A DNA stretch of 64,000 bases, taken from Lama glama (lineage: Eukaryota). Both the position numbers and the translations under genes were made by a program. The stretch is taken from positions 17,982,001 through 18,046,000 of the forward strand of contig CM052816.1 in assembly GCA_028534125.1 (NCBI GenBank), written 5' to 3'. Shown here one piece after another: positions 13,136 to 25,699 of this stretch; position 1 is the first letter of the stretch; each line of letters opens with the position of its first letter. Below the pieces are notes generated by a model, which ran no database searches, had not been told where the DNA came from, and saw nothing but the letters and a program-made list of their open reading frames with translations.

Positions 13136-16100
13136 CAAATGTTGCCTTAGCCTATTGCATTTTTAGCCATGGGTCCTGTAGATAAACAAAGGATCAATCT
13201 GTCCTTGGCTTTCATGAGGGATCACTACCCTGGAAGAAGTAAAGTCCATCACTATGGTCACAATTGGCCACCTAAGCAAAAGCTGTGAAAATGTCCAGTA
13301 CAATATTCCACATAAACTTAAGGACACATCCAATAGGTTTAAATGTATTCTTAATAATTGTAGAGCCTGGTGCTCAAGATTTCTAAAATAGCAGCTGAAC
13401 CAGAAGTAGCTGCTAAAGGTAAGGATCAGATCACAGCAATTATCCACTTAACGTGGCATTTATCTGAAACACTCACTTGGTGCAAGGTCATTTAGACTAA
13501 CCACCATTTATTCTCGAACACTTTTCTGAAACTAGCAATAATCATAAAGATAATAATGTATTGCAAATATAATCAATTCAAGAAAGACAATTAGCAGGAA
13601 CAATTATGGTAGGGAAATATTAGCTATCCATAAAATATATGCCTAAATCTGTTTCTGGCTCCCCTTGGAAGAGACGAGTTACATATGGCTTCTATGGTGT
13701 GCTTCTTGCAGATGTTGATACTTAAAAAATATGAATAGCATTATTAATCTTTTTGTGAGGAACAAAAGAATTAATTGAGAGCCTCATTATCATAGATGAT
13801 TGAGGCTTTAGACGATAATGGCATTTTATTTCAAAAGTTCATCAGAGGATTTTAATTGTGAGGCTTGACTAATCATGGCCACTTTGACTCTTGATAATTA
13901 TGTATCAAGATGGTAGTTTTTAATGAATCTTCTTGAAATCAAGGTTTATTCCACCATTGTGCATTTGATACAGAAAAAATAAGGCTCCAAACTCTAATAT
14001 TTGAAAATGTCAAAAACCTACTTTCAAGCGTACTTGTTATAAAAATGTTTTCTAAGATGAGGTGAGAAACAGGAATGTAGGAGTGGTTTTCAGCCATTGA
14101 GAGGGAAGGGTCAAGGGGCCAATTTAAATAATTAACTAACAAAAGAAGTCAACACATGCTCTGGGCAAGGAAAGGCCCTCTAACTCAAAGCAAAGAGGTT
14201 AAGGTGCATGCCACAGGATTCCAAATGCCCACCCACTACTTAGAACCACTAGGAAAGCATTCTGCTGCAAGTTTTTCTATTCCTCAAGCTCTCATGATAT
14301 GTGACTTAGAAGAGCAAGTCCATTCTCCTTTCAGAATATTAAACAGGTGGCACTAAGGTCTCCAAGGATGATACCTAAAATCTGCGATGGGAACATACAT
14401 GTGTTCTGGGATAGAAGCTTCTGAGCTGTGTACCTTAAGAGCTGAAGCTAGGTAAGGATGATGCCGATTTTCCCGCAAATTAATGATCTCTCTTTCACCT
14501 CTGACTAGTTGGGAAACTGATCTGCTATTAGAAAAGCTTTCTGTTCTAGGCTGCGTTTCTAAAATGCGATTCTAGAAGTGAAATTCTCTTTTATATAAAG
14601 AAACTCAGAAAGAGTCGGAAGGATTAGAGAGCTCTAGGCCCTCTGAACCTTCCCCTAGGGTCCCTCCAGGATGCTCCCCGAGTTTCAGTGGTGGGATATA
14701 AACCCTGATCACCCACATTCCTGACTAACTATACCAAGTCAAACATCAGAAGAAATTGAGGTCCTATTCAGGGGCCAATTTGGTGCTGAGACACATTACT
14801 GAAGAAGACTTTTATTTCCCCATGGAACTTTTGTTGGGACTGCTCTAAACTGACAGCTTTTCTGGAACCATCATTTCCAGAACTGCGGACAGAGAGATAA
14901 CTTGCTATCACACAATACATTATTTCCTTTAAACAGCACACACCCTTCTGAGATAGGACAAAGAACCCGAGATACAAAGATCCTGGGTAGGTGAAATAGG
15001 CTACATTGTTAGCTAATGCTTGGAGCAAATCCACCCAATCGCTGAAACTGGAGAATATCAACTGATTACAGAAGAGGGAAGAAAATGCACGGAAGTTCAC
15101 ACACGCCTTGCCTGTGCTGTGTTTGCCCAGGGTGCAGAAGGGCGATCAAGAATCTGCTGAAAACTGCCCAGGGATGATGCTTTCAGCCATAGCTGTCAGA
15201 GGGGACAGAGGTACTAGAATGAGGGTGAAGATTGGTAAATACTTTTATTAGGAAAAGGGTGATAAGCCTGATTTGAATCTGACAATAAGAGGACACTGAG
15301 TCAAGACTACTTTTAGCCTGTACAATGCTTTCGTGCAGACTGGAAAAGGCACATAGACAGTGCCCAGGGATCCGACCCTGGCAAGCTGAGCAAGTGCATG
15401 AGATGAACAAGCTCAGAAAATACAATGTGCAGTAAATTTAGATGACGTGGACTCGGGGCTGAGACTACAATTAAAATCAAGGAAAATAGACAAATTCATG
15501 CTTGTCTGTGCAGTCACCTATTCTCAGAATGAAGGACAAATAGGCTCACAACTGTAAAGCTAACAGTTCCTATTTGACTCAAGAATGTAGCATTTTATAT
15601 TTATTCTAACAAATTGGTGGGCTGTTTGGTCTCTATAAATCACACGGACTCATCCACACATGCACGAATATTCCTTTCCCCAGCCAGGCTATGAAAGAAG
15701 TCAATGTGTTCACTCTTCCATCTTCCAACCCCAGCCTTCAGCCACCCACCACATGCACAGGTGTTGGTCTGGGCCTGATGGCTCCTGGACCCCTATTATT
15801 CCATCTCGGCTCCATTTCTCACCTCTAGTGGAAGATAACTACCTCTGGACCTTTTCGTTGACTCCTTGTAGCTTCTTGGCCTTGCCTTCTGGTCCCTTTC
15901 TCAGCTTTTCTCCATCTCTTGATTTGCCTTTCAACTTCCTGCTCTAGCTCTGACCCCCTACAGTGGCCATCTTCCCTAATTATAATCTAATCAGACGACT
16001 ATGGCTGAGTTGGCATTCCCTTAATATCCAACTGTGACAAAGGAGATAGTCCTGGGCTTGGCACACATAAAGTAGACACAGAGTAAATATTTGTTGAAAT

Positions 16101-16514
16101 ACTGCTTAAGGAGTTGGGTACCTAAATACTGCCAGTAGTCATCTCTGGACTACTGGTTGATCATATAGACTTCTGGATTTATCTCATTTATTGAGCCTCA
16201 ATTAAGGCTTGGTTAATCAATCTCTCTCAAAACCGTATTAACTGCATGGTTAAGTCTATGATGAGGACAATTTATCTACTGGTGAATGAGAAATGATTGA
16301 ATTAGCTAAAGACTATTAGACTAAATTAGCTGAAAAAAAGAAGAGCCTTAGTCATTTGGGGTTAGTTTTTCATCCCCTCAACAAGTCACTGAATCTTCTA
16401 GGACAAGACCTTATCAGAGCCAGCAGTGGGACTGAGAACCAAGTAGGTACCATTCATTGAATGGGCAAAATGCTCCATGTGCCTTAACAAAGAGACCTCA
16501 CAGCTCAAAGAAAA

Positions 16515-16655
16515 GCCTTATTTTGTCCACGTTATGGATAAGAAACTGAGGCCAACACATGAAGCAACTTGTTCAATGTAACTAGGTTGGTAGATATTGG
16601 AGCCCAAATTCAAATTTGGGTTTGGTTGATTCCAAAGACCATACTCTGCATATTT
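16515..16655 (-). mobile_element. MIR SINE
   Basis: gataagaaactgaggccaaca...gcaacttgttcaatgt...ctaggttggt. Confidence 0.7.
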
Positions 16656-17456
16656 CCATGTAGCTTCCCAATTGTGGTGAGGCACAGGACAGGGACCCAA
16701 ATTTCAGAATCTAAAAAATCAGAGATCTAGGTCCCAAGGAACTCACAGCCACATTTGAAACAGGCACCTGGTCAGAAAGAGGCAAAATGATAGTCATGAG
16801 GTATGAGGTGGTCCACCGCCGGGAAGAAACTCAAGGGTAGTCAGTGCACAGCTGCTGGTCCCACTCTGGTTTTCCCCTTTCTATCTGCCAAGCCAAGTAC
16901 TGGGATCCCCTCTGGGACAGAGGACTGAAGACACACCATTCCCTGCTGGCTGATTTCCCCTGCTTGGCTCTCTGCTCCTTGCTGCCCAGTCATACATGTA
17001 GGTGAGATTCACTCACCCCTCTGAATCTCTGGACTTCCCTTGAGCTTCCCAGACCTTCAAGTAACAGTCAGCTGCTGGAGGTGCACCACTCAGCCCTAAG
17101 ACCTGCGTTTCTCGCACTGCCAGAGTCAGCAGGGTTCTTCAAGTTCCACAGTCAAACTGGAGTATTTTTCTTTCTGTTTAAGTGCTACACCATTAGAGCC
17201 ACTTTATACTCCTCCATCCAGCCTGGCTACTTGCAATAACCCCAATTCCACCAGTAACAAGGGTGCTCATTTGCTGTGAGTCTTCTAGTCAACAGGAAAA
17301 GGTGATTGCCATGGGGGAACTAGGGAGGGAGAGCAGTAAAAGGGACTTCAAAGAACTTCAGGTCCTTGACCTCAGAATTTGAAGGGAAGACTGCATAAAG
17401 TAATTTAAGAAGTACATAGGCAGAGCAGAAGAAAATGTGAGTATGGCTGGAAGTGG

Positions 17457-17459
<3 letters not shown>

Positions 17460-17524
<65 letters not shown>

Positions 17525-17528
17525 CGAC
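17460..17528. repeat. Compound trinucleotide STR (GAT)12(GAC)3(GAT)(GAC)7
   Basis: Read directly; adjoins a minus-strand MIR remnant (~17530-17700). Confidence 0.97.
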
Positions 17529-18621
17529 TGCTCCTTGAATATTTACTACATGCCAACCACTGGATTACTTTCAATCATCACGGTAAAGGTATTTAATCCC
17601 CATTTTATTAAGGAGAAATGAAAAAGCCTCAGTTTATACAGTTTATATGTGGCAAAGCCAGTTTTCAAACATAGGTCCTCCAGCACCCTGTTCATGTTGG
17701 TCTCACTGCAGCATCCTGCAAAGAGAAGGGTGCAAGGAGCTCAGCCTGCACATCTTGGAGTTTTAGAAGGCAGGTGAAGGGACAGCAGGAAGCTGGAATG
17801 TGCATCTGTACCCAGAGTCTGTCCTGAAGACCAGGCAGGGCATCTGGGCTTTAGGAGGAAGAACGCAAGCTGAGGGAACAGAGAGGTGGGGGCTATAGTT
17901 GGAGATCAGACCAACATTTATCCTTGAATCCCCTGCAACCCCTCTCCTTTTGCACAGAGGAAATGGGGACACACAGGCCTGAATTCTCTGGCAGGCAATA
18001 TGCCTGGCTACACAAAGCTCAAGCTGAGGCACAGAAAAGATGAACTGCTTTGGCCCCAAAGATAGAGCAATGAGTAAAATCCAGCTCTAATTTCCATCCA
18101 CTGGAAACCAGACCTAATCAAACGCCCACAACAGTTTTAAAGAGAATGTTAGTTACAATCCAGAGCTAATTAAAACTTTCCATAAAATGACTCTTTAAAA
18201 TTTAAGTGGCCTTGAATGCTAACAGCACAGGCTTGTCTCTAACTGCAGAATTATTATTAACACATTAGCACAGCAATACCAGCCATTGAATTTGCTCGGC
18301 AATTTCGAAATAAGATGTTTTGAGTGTTTCCAGCTGAAATGACTTGTCCCTTTCAGTTCTTACACAGCAGGTCATCAACTTATTCCCTCCATCAGTTCCC
18401 CAATACCGATGTCCTCCCTCTGAGGCCAATACAGAGTTTCTTAGTTTCTTGTGGCTCTGCCTGCATCTGTCCATAGTTCCTAGGTTTCTCTCTGCCATGA
18501 TGTTCACCTGCTTAGTGTGGACTTTTTATGTTCATCTCCCCTTGAAAGTACACACTGTGTTAACGTAGAATATAGGGTAATGTACAGACAGAGTACAGGC
18601 ATTAGAAATGGACAGAGCTCA

Positions 18622-18972
18622 CTTATATGTGGAATCTAAAAATATAATACAAATGAACTTATTTACAAAACAGACTCACAGACATAGAAAACAAATGATT
18701 ACCAAAACGGAAAGCAGGTGAGGGAGGGATAAATTGGGAGTTTGGGATCAGCAGCTAACAAACTACTATATAAAACAGATAAACAACAAGGTCCTACTGA
18801 ATAGCACAGGGAACTATATTCAATATCCTGTAATAAACCACAAAGGAAAAGAAAATGAAACAATAAATATGTCATATATGTAGATATATATATGAATAAC
18901 TGAATCACTTCGCTGTGTACCAGAAACTAACACAACACTATAAACCAGCTATACTTCAATAAATTCAAAAAA
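18622..18972 (+). mobile_element. 5'-truncated L1 (ORF2 stop plus 3'UTR) inserted into a MIR
   Basis: cttatatgtggaatctaaaa...tacttcaataaattcaaaaaaaa with 16-bp TSD AAATGGACAGAGCTCA at 18606-18621 and 18973-18988. Confidence 0.93.
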
Positions 18973-19049
18973 AAATGGACAGAGCTCATTCCAGTCCTAG
19001 TGTTTTCCCTTACTGGTCTGGAACTTTACAACAAGTTATTATGACATTA

Positions 19050-19830
19050 TTGCTACTGATGATAATAACTGTTGACATTTGCTGAGCACTTACTATGTGT
19101 CAATTTGTACATATTACCTAAATTCCCTCAGCAGCCCTTATTTTTATCTATTCTTTAACAAATAGCTACAAAATACTATTACACTCCTTATGTGCCAGGC
19201 ACTGTTGTGTTTTATGTACATTAAATCCTCATAACAATCTCAACAAGGTAGTTATTGTTATTATCCCCATTTTCCCCATTAAATGAGTGAACTCAGATTA
19301 AATAACTAGAGATTAAGTAACCAATATCACACAGCTAAAAAGCAGTCTTACCAGGACTCAAACACGTGGGGTCAGGCTCTAAAATCCATGCTCCTAACCT
19401 CGCTATCACTGGTTCTCCAACATCAGAAAGCTTCAGAATCACCTGCAGGGCTCGTGAAAACACAAATTGCTATGTCTGCTCTCTAAGATTCTGTTCCAAG
19501 GTGGGACCCAAGAATATGCATTTCTAAAATATTGCCAAGTGATACAGATGTGATGGCACAAGGCTGCTCTAGATTATGTTGCCAATTTTCCTGTTATCCT
19601 CCCCTCTTCACAGATGAGAAGACTGAGTATCAGGTTATCTGAATGACCCAAGGTTACACAGATGGTAAGGAGTTGAACTGCAATAAGAAATAGGTTGATC
19701 TAACATACATAAAATACCCAGAATCTCAGTTCCCTATCCATTGAATGGGGACATTAGTATTACCTCACTACAAACTTGTTAACACCAACTGAAATAATAA
19801 GCCGAACAGTCTATGGCATGTAGGAGATGC
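19050..19830. mobile_element. Cluster of MIR fragments with a MER5A (~19408-19570)
   Basis: tgagcacttactatgtg; attatccccattt; cagatgagaagactgag. MER5A: ctggttctccaac...cagaatcacctgcagggctcgtgaaaacaca...caagaatatgcatttcta. Confidence 0.7.
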
Positions 19831-20439
19831 TCACTGAGTGTCTGCTTTCCAAGCATCCTGCAAAACTCTGTATACAGCATGTGCTAAATAACTGTGAGCC
19901 TAATGGAGATGAATCCACTCAATACCTCCAAAACAGAGCGATTTTGTTGTTGATGCTGTCCAGATGCTCCTGATTTCTCCACTCCTTAGTGATATGCTTC
20001 CTTTTAGTGCCCAATGTCAACCATCTAAACAGCTCTCTCCCTCTCTGGAGTCCAAGTTCCCAGGGCTGACACATGCCGTAACTCCTGGGGGACACTATTC
20101 CATTTCTGTTCCACATGACTAGCACTCATGGAGTTGGCAGTGTAACAACCAAGCTAGTCCCCAGCTCTTTGTTTTGAGATCCAGAATGAGAATAAATCTA
20201 GTTTCCTCATTACCCCCAGTTTTAGGCCTGCCTCTTCATGTAGTTCTACAATAGTTAAGTAAAACTTTTAAATTATTATTACACTTAAGAGTTTATCTCC
20301 TCAACAGACTCAGCTTCGATAATTTTACATAAACAAAATATTATTATTCCCCACACCTCCACAGTACAAAAATAAAAATAAAAATAACAAGTGGCTTGTA
20401 AAATTCAGTCTAAGTGTTCATGTCAAGTAAAAAAGAAAA

Positions 20440-22740
20440 AACAGTGATAAGCCCTTTGACCCAGCAATCTCATTTCTAGGAATTTACCCTGAAGATTTAC
20501 TACTCAGCAATATTAGAAACAAACAGCATGTGAGCAAGGTTATTCACTGAGACGTTATTTGTTACAGCAAATACTTGGAAGTGAACTAAATGTCTATTCT
20601 TAGAATTTTGGTGGAATAAACTATCATACATGCACATAATGAAGTACTATGCATCTGTTAAAAAATAAATGAGGAGGATATTTATACACCAAAATAGAGC
20701 AATCTTCAGGATACGTGTCTTTAAGTAAAAAGAAACAATGCGCAAAAGATTACAGGCTAAATAAAATAGAAACTAATGAAATTAGTTACCTAATTAATAA
20801 ACCAGAGAGGAAGGGTGAGAATAGGCTGCAAGAGTGAGAATGAACTGGGACACCTCCAAATTTATCTTTTCACATAGTTTTGGCTTTGATTCTGTTAGTG
20901 CTTTACATGTACAATCAAAATATATTGACAAAGATGGGAAAAAAACGATAAAATTTTATATAAACTCAGACAAATGGTCTTCTCCTAATTTCATATAGAT
21001 ATCAAATCACACAAAAGAAAAACAGGATTTGTTCAAGTAACTTTTGAATACTTTACTCCAATTACCTACATTGAGATTTAAAGACAAAAAAAAAAGTAAA
21101 ACAAAAAAACAAGCAAAGAAATCTTAAACTTATTTAGGAGATTTGTTATTGGTAGTGGTATTGATGCAGCAACTCTAGAACTATTGATTTTCTGTACTAT
21201 AGATTTGAGCAAATGAATAACTATATTGATGCTGGGAACCAAAATTATCACTATGCCTATTTATACAATATTGGATCTCACTATGAGAGAAGAGACATAC
21301 AAATATGGAATTCAGGAAAAGAGGAAAAATTCTGTGATACTGAACTGAATTAAAGATATTAGTATGAATATGAGTTTAAAAACATGTTCTGGCTTTGTCC
21401 ATAGAAAGAAGCTAGTCGTACCCCAGTAGCAATGAGAACACGCAGTGCCCAGATGTGGATTTCTAAACACTATTTCCCACTAAAGGAACCTGGGATTTTT
21501 GAGAAATGGCTGATTCTAGGTCTTCTGAATAGAAAGAACAAAACAAACCTGGAATATCTCGCTGGGGTGGAAAATAAGAACTTTGTTCAAAGACTAAATG
21601 GAGCATGTCAAAAGGTTCCACAGCCAGCTTTAAGAGGAAATCACTGGGCCAGATTAGAGTATAATTGGTTATAAAAATGAAAAGTAACAGGAATGGATTA
21701 TGATACACTTAATAAAAAGGGGCCCATGAGTCCACGCTGATATTGTTTACAGCTGTAGATGCTGGGCTTCAAATTCCTCTAATGCCCACTACGTATACAA
21801 ACATATATGCACATATACACATATACACGCATATTTACTAGTATTAAAAAATACAGAGAGAGGGGAAATGAAGCTCTATTTTACAGAAGAATGCCAAGCA
21901 ATAAATATAGAGGAAATAATAGAGAAATTACCACCATCCTACAGCCGAAGAATAAAAATTGATTCAGGCAGGAAATATCAATGATGTTTAAACTACTGAG
22001 GAAAAGATTGCTGGGGAACCAAAGATTCACAGCATCTCAAAATGCCTCCCCACAAATTACTTACTAGTTGCAAATGTAAAAAGATTCCTTTATAATAGAA
22101 AACTCTGGTAGATACCACTTTAAACAAGTGATCAAATGTAATGGAGGAAAAAACAGAGATCCTGTGTCCCCTGAAGTGATTCCTAAAAGGACACAGTATA
22201 AACAGTAAACTCCCTGCCTGTGATGTTTAACCTGAATCGAATAATCAGAAAGCAATTAGACAAATACCAACTTAGGGACACTCTAAAAAGAAAAATGTTA
22301 TGGTTTCTTAAAAATTGCTAATGTCATAAAAGAACTCCTGAAAAAAAGTTTGGGTGACTATCCTAGAACAAAGAAAACTTAAGACTTATGCCAATTAAAT
22401 CAAATCATTATCTTTGATTGAAAAGTGGACCAAGATATCACAATAAGTAATCTCTCAGGGACAACTGGGGAAAGTTTAAATAAACTGGATATTAGATAAT
22501 CATACTGAATCTGTATTAAATTTTCTGAGCACAATTTTTTATTGTAGTTATTCAGAAGAATTCTTATTCTTAGGAGATATATATAGAAGTACTAAGTAGT
22601 CTGCAGTTAACTCTCAAATAGTTCAGAAAAAAAGTATGTCTATATATAGTGAATGATTAAGCAAATCATACAAACATTAACGATTAGTTAATTAAATTTT
22701 GCTTTAATAAAAGAAAAAAGCAAGACAAATGCTAAAATGA
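20440..22740 (+). mobile_element. Old L1MC-class 3' part (ORF2 end plus long 3'UTR)
   Basis: ccctttgacccagcaatctcatttctaggaatttaccc (PFDPAI.LLGIYP motif), then an L1MC4/5-like 3'UTR (gaaactctggtagataccactttaaacaagtgatcaaa). Confidence 0.8.
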
Positions 22741-24774
22741 GAGCAGCATGTTTCCCAGGTTTGGGCCATCTGCTGAGCATCCAGACAATATGGCACAGAC
22801 ATCAGGAGCAGTTCATGCCACATCTGAGGAAACCCCAAGAAATGCGCCTTTTCTGATTTTTGGTTGCCTCCACTTAAGTGAATGCATGACCAACCATCTC
22901 TACAGATGAACATCAACATCTTAGGCTGTATGCTCACAGCCTCCTTCATGTGATGAGAGACAAAGTAGGACACAGCTGAAAATCCTTTATGAGACTAAAA
23001 ATGAAAATTATACATCTGCATCTTCCTCGTGATTCATTTCCTTGCCTCATTCTCCCGAAGTTTTCTGGTCTCAGTTCCAACATTTTAAAAAAGCTTGGGA
23101 ATCATCCTCCCTTACTTACAACAACAATAAGAAAACAAGCTGAACAAACTGAAAATCAACAACTCTCCTTGGACTTATTGGACAACGGAGGTTGCAGGAC
23201 AAATCACCACCCCAAAATACAGAGAATCACAGCCAGGATTCTGTAGGAATCCAGGGAACTCTGCTTCCCTAGTGCAGAAGCCCTTGGGGCCATCAACTGG
23301 TGGGAATACTTAAAGGGCAATTTTGATGAATTGCTGGAGGTGCAATATGAGTAACCTGACAGTAAGAAACCCCTGGGGGCTGCATTCTTGGGTGGGCTAC
23401 ACTTCTGTGGGTTTTAACTTCAGGTACTCACCAGGTTCTCATGATAGACAGCCAAAAAGAAAAACAAACAAACAAACAAACACCTCATGGTTCTGGCAGT
23501 GGGAGGAGAAAAGTACACTCTGAAATGCATTCAGAGTATTCTCTATAACAAAGAGCTACTCTCCGGGGGGGGGGGGGAACTTTAACAGCACCTTATCTCA
23601 CAAAGGCATAAGGTAGAAGTGCAACTACCCAACCCCAGCCCCCTGTAGCCTTTCTGTCTCACCTAAAGAGATAGGTGGTAAAGCTAAGAAACACTTGTGA
23701 GGGTCACAGCCCACTAACGAGAGGTCTAACTATAAAATTACAGAACATTTTCTTTCCCCTGCGCCTTACCACCATATCCCAAGTGCTCCACTGTAATAAC
23801 GGTGGAAGGCAACTAGGAGAGCTGCAAGGCATGAGCTGTATTTAAGGAGTACTTAGGGAAACACAATGACAATAGAGGGGAAGAAAGGAAGACACCAGAG
23901 AGGAACTGAAGCTCCTAGCAACCGCAGCTACATCAAATATTAAATACACCCTAATTCATAGCCAGATTAACATCAAACCTCACGCCAAAGGCCTACATAC
24001 CTCAGTTTCCATTACTCAATATATCATGTCCACCATTCAACAAAAATTCCAAGTCATGCTAAAAGGCAAGAAAAAACAGTCTAAAGAAACAAAGCAAGCA
24101 TCAGAATTAGACTCAAATATGATACAAGATTTCAGAATTAGCAATGGAAATTTAAAACATTTATAATTAATCTGTTAAATCCTCTAATGGAAATTATTAT
24201 AAATGGATCTCATAGTTAACTGTCCCAGATAATAAAATAACCATGTATTACCTATCATATGGATAATTAAAATGAATGATACCATTTCTATAAGGGATGG
24301 GAGGAATGGATTGGGAATACTCTGTTATAAAGTATTTGCACCATCTGTGAAGCAGGATAGTTTTATTTGAAGGTGGACTTGGATTAGTTGTAAATGTATA
24401 TTGAAAATCATAGGAAAACCACTAACATTTTTTCAAAAGAAATACCATTGATATGATGAGAGAAAATGCAAGTGTATAACATGCTCAATGCTCAATTTCT
24501 GGTTTTAATCAGAAAAGACAGGAAAAAAATAAGGTAAAAGAAACAAGCAGTACAATGAAAACAGGTACAACTATAGTAAATATCTAACTCGATCAACAAT
24601 CACTTTAAATGTAAATTGTCTAAGTATTACAGACAAAAGCTGTCATAAAAGACAGAAAATCAATTAAAAGACAAACTGTCATAGCAGATTAAAAACAACA
24701 CCCAACTACATGTTGTCTGTAAGTAACCTACCTCAAACATAAAGGCACAGATAAGTTAAAAATAAAGAATTGGA

Positions 24775-25699
24775 ATCTTCCAGACAGAAAATAAACAAGG
24801 CAACAGAGAAATTAAATACTACAATAGAAAAACTAGATTTGGTGGATATTTTCAGAGCATTACACCCCAAAAAATAGAATATACTTTCTTTTCAAGTGCA
24901 CATGGAACATTTTCCAGGATCGATCATATACCTGGACACAAAAGAAACCTCAACAAATTTAAGAAGACAGAAATTATCTCAAGCATATTTACTGACCACA
25001 ATGCCATGAAACTGGAAATCAACAACAGAGAAACAAAGGAGAAAAAAAGAAAAGCATGGAGATTAANNNNNNNNNNNNNNNNNNNNNNNNNNNNNNNNNN
25101 NNNNNNNNNNNNNNNNNNNNNNNNNNNNNNNNNNNNNNNNNNNNNNNNNNNNNNNNNNNNNNNNNNNNNNNNNNNNNNNNNNNNNNNNNNNNNNNNNNNN
25201 NNNNNNNNNNNNNNNNNNNNNNNNNNNNNNNNNNNNNNNNNNNNNNNNNNNNNNNNNNNNNNNNNNNNNNNNNNNNNNNNNNNNNNNNNNNNNNNNNNNN
25301 NNNNNNNNNNNNNNNNNNNNNNNNNNNNNNNNNNNNNNNNNNNNNNNNNNNNNNNNNNNNNNNNNNNNNNNNNNNNNNNNNNNNNNNNNNNNNNNNNNNN
25401 NNNNNNNNNNNNNNNNNNNNNNNNNNNNNNNNNNNNNNNNNNNNNNNNNNNNNNNNNNNNNNNNNNNNNNNNNNNNNNNNNNNNNNNNNNNNNNNNNNNN
25501 NNNNNNNNNNNNNNNNNNNNNNNNNNNNNNNNNNNNNNNNNNNNNNNNNNNNNNNNNNNNNNNNNNGGGGGTAGAGGGTGGGAAGGGATAGACTGGGATT
25601 TCAAAATTGTAGAATAGATAAACAAGATTACACTGTATAGCACAGGGAAATATACACAAAATGTTATGATAAATCACAGAGAAAAAAATGTGAAAAAAA
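24775..25699 (+). mobile_element. Young L1 nested in the old L1, spanning the assembly gap
   Basis: 5' part encodes the L1 endonuclease segment SSRQKINKATEKLNTTIEKLDLVDIFRALHPK/EYTFFSSAHGTFSRIDHIPGHK...TDHNAMKLEIN (one frameshift). 3'UTR follows the gap. TSD AAAGAATTGGA at 24764-24774 and 25700-25710. Confidence 0.88.
25067..25566. other. Assembly gap (500 N)
   Basis: Run of N bases. Confidence 1.

Noticed and set aside
17320..17574. ORF with poly-Arg/poly-His tract
   Set aside because: It is the antisense reading of the GAT/GAC microsatellite next to a MIR.
23565..23577. G homopolymer as a functional G-quadruplex
   Set aside because: An isolated run inside a decayed L1 5'UTR; likely slippage or sequencing-length uncertainty.
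24924..25677. Longest ORFs (172-239 aa)
   Set aside because: Artefacts of translating through the N gap.
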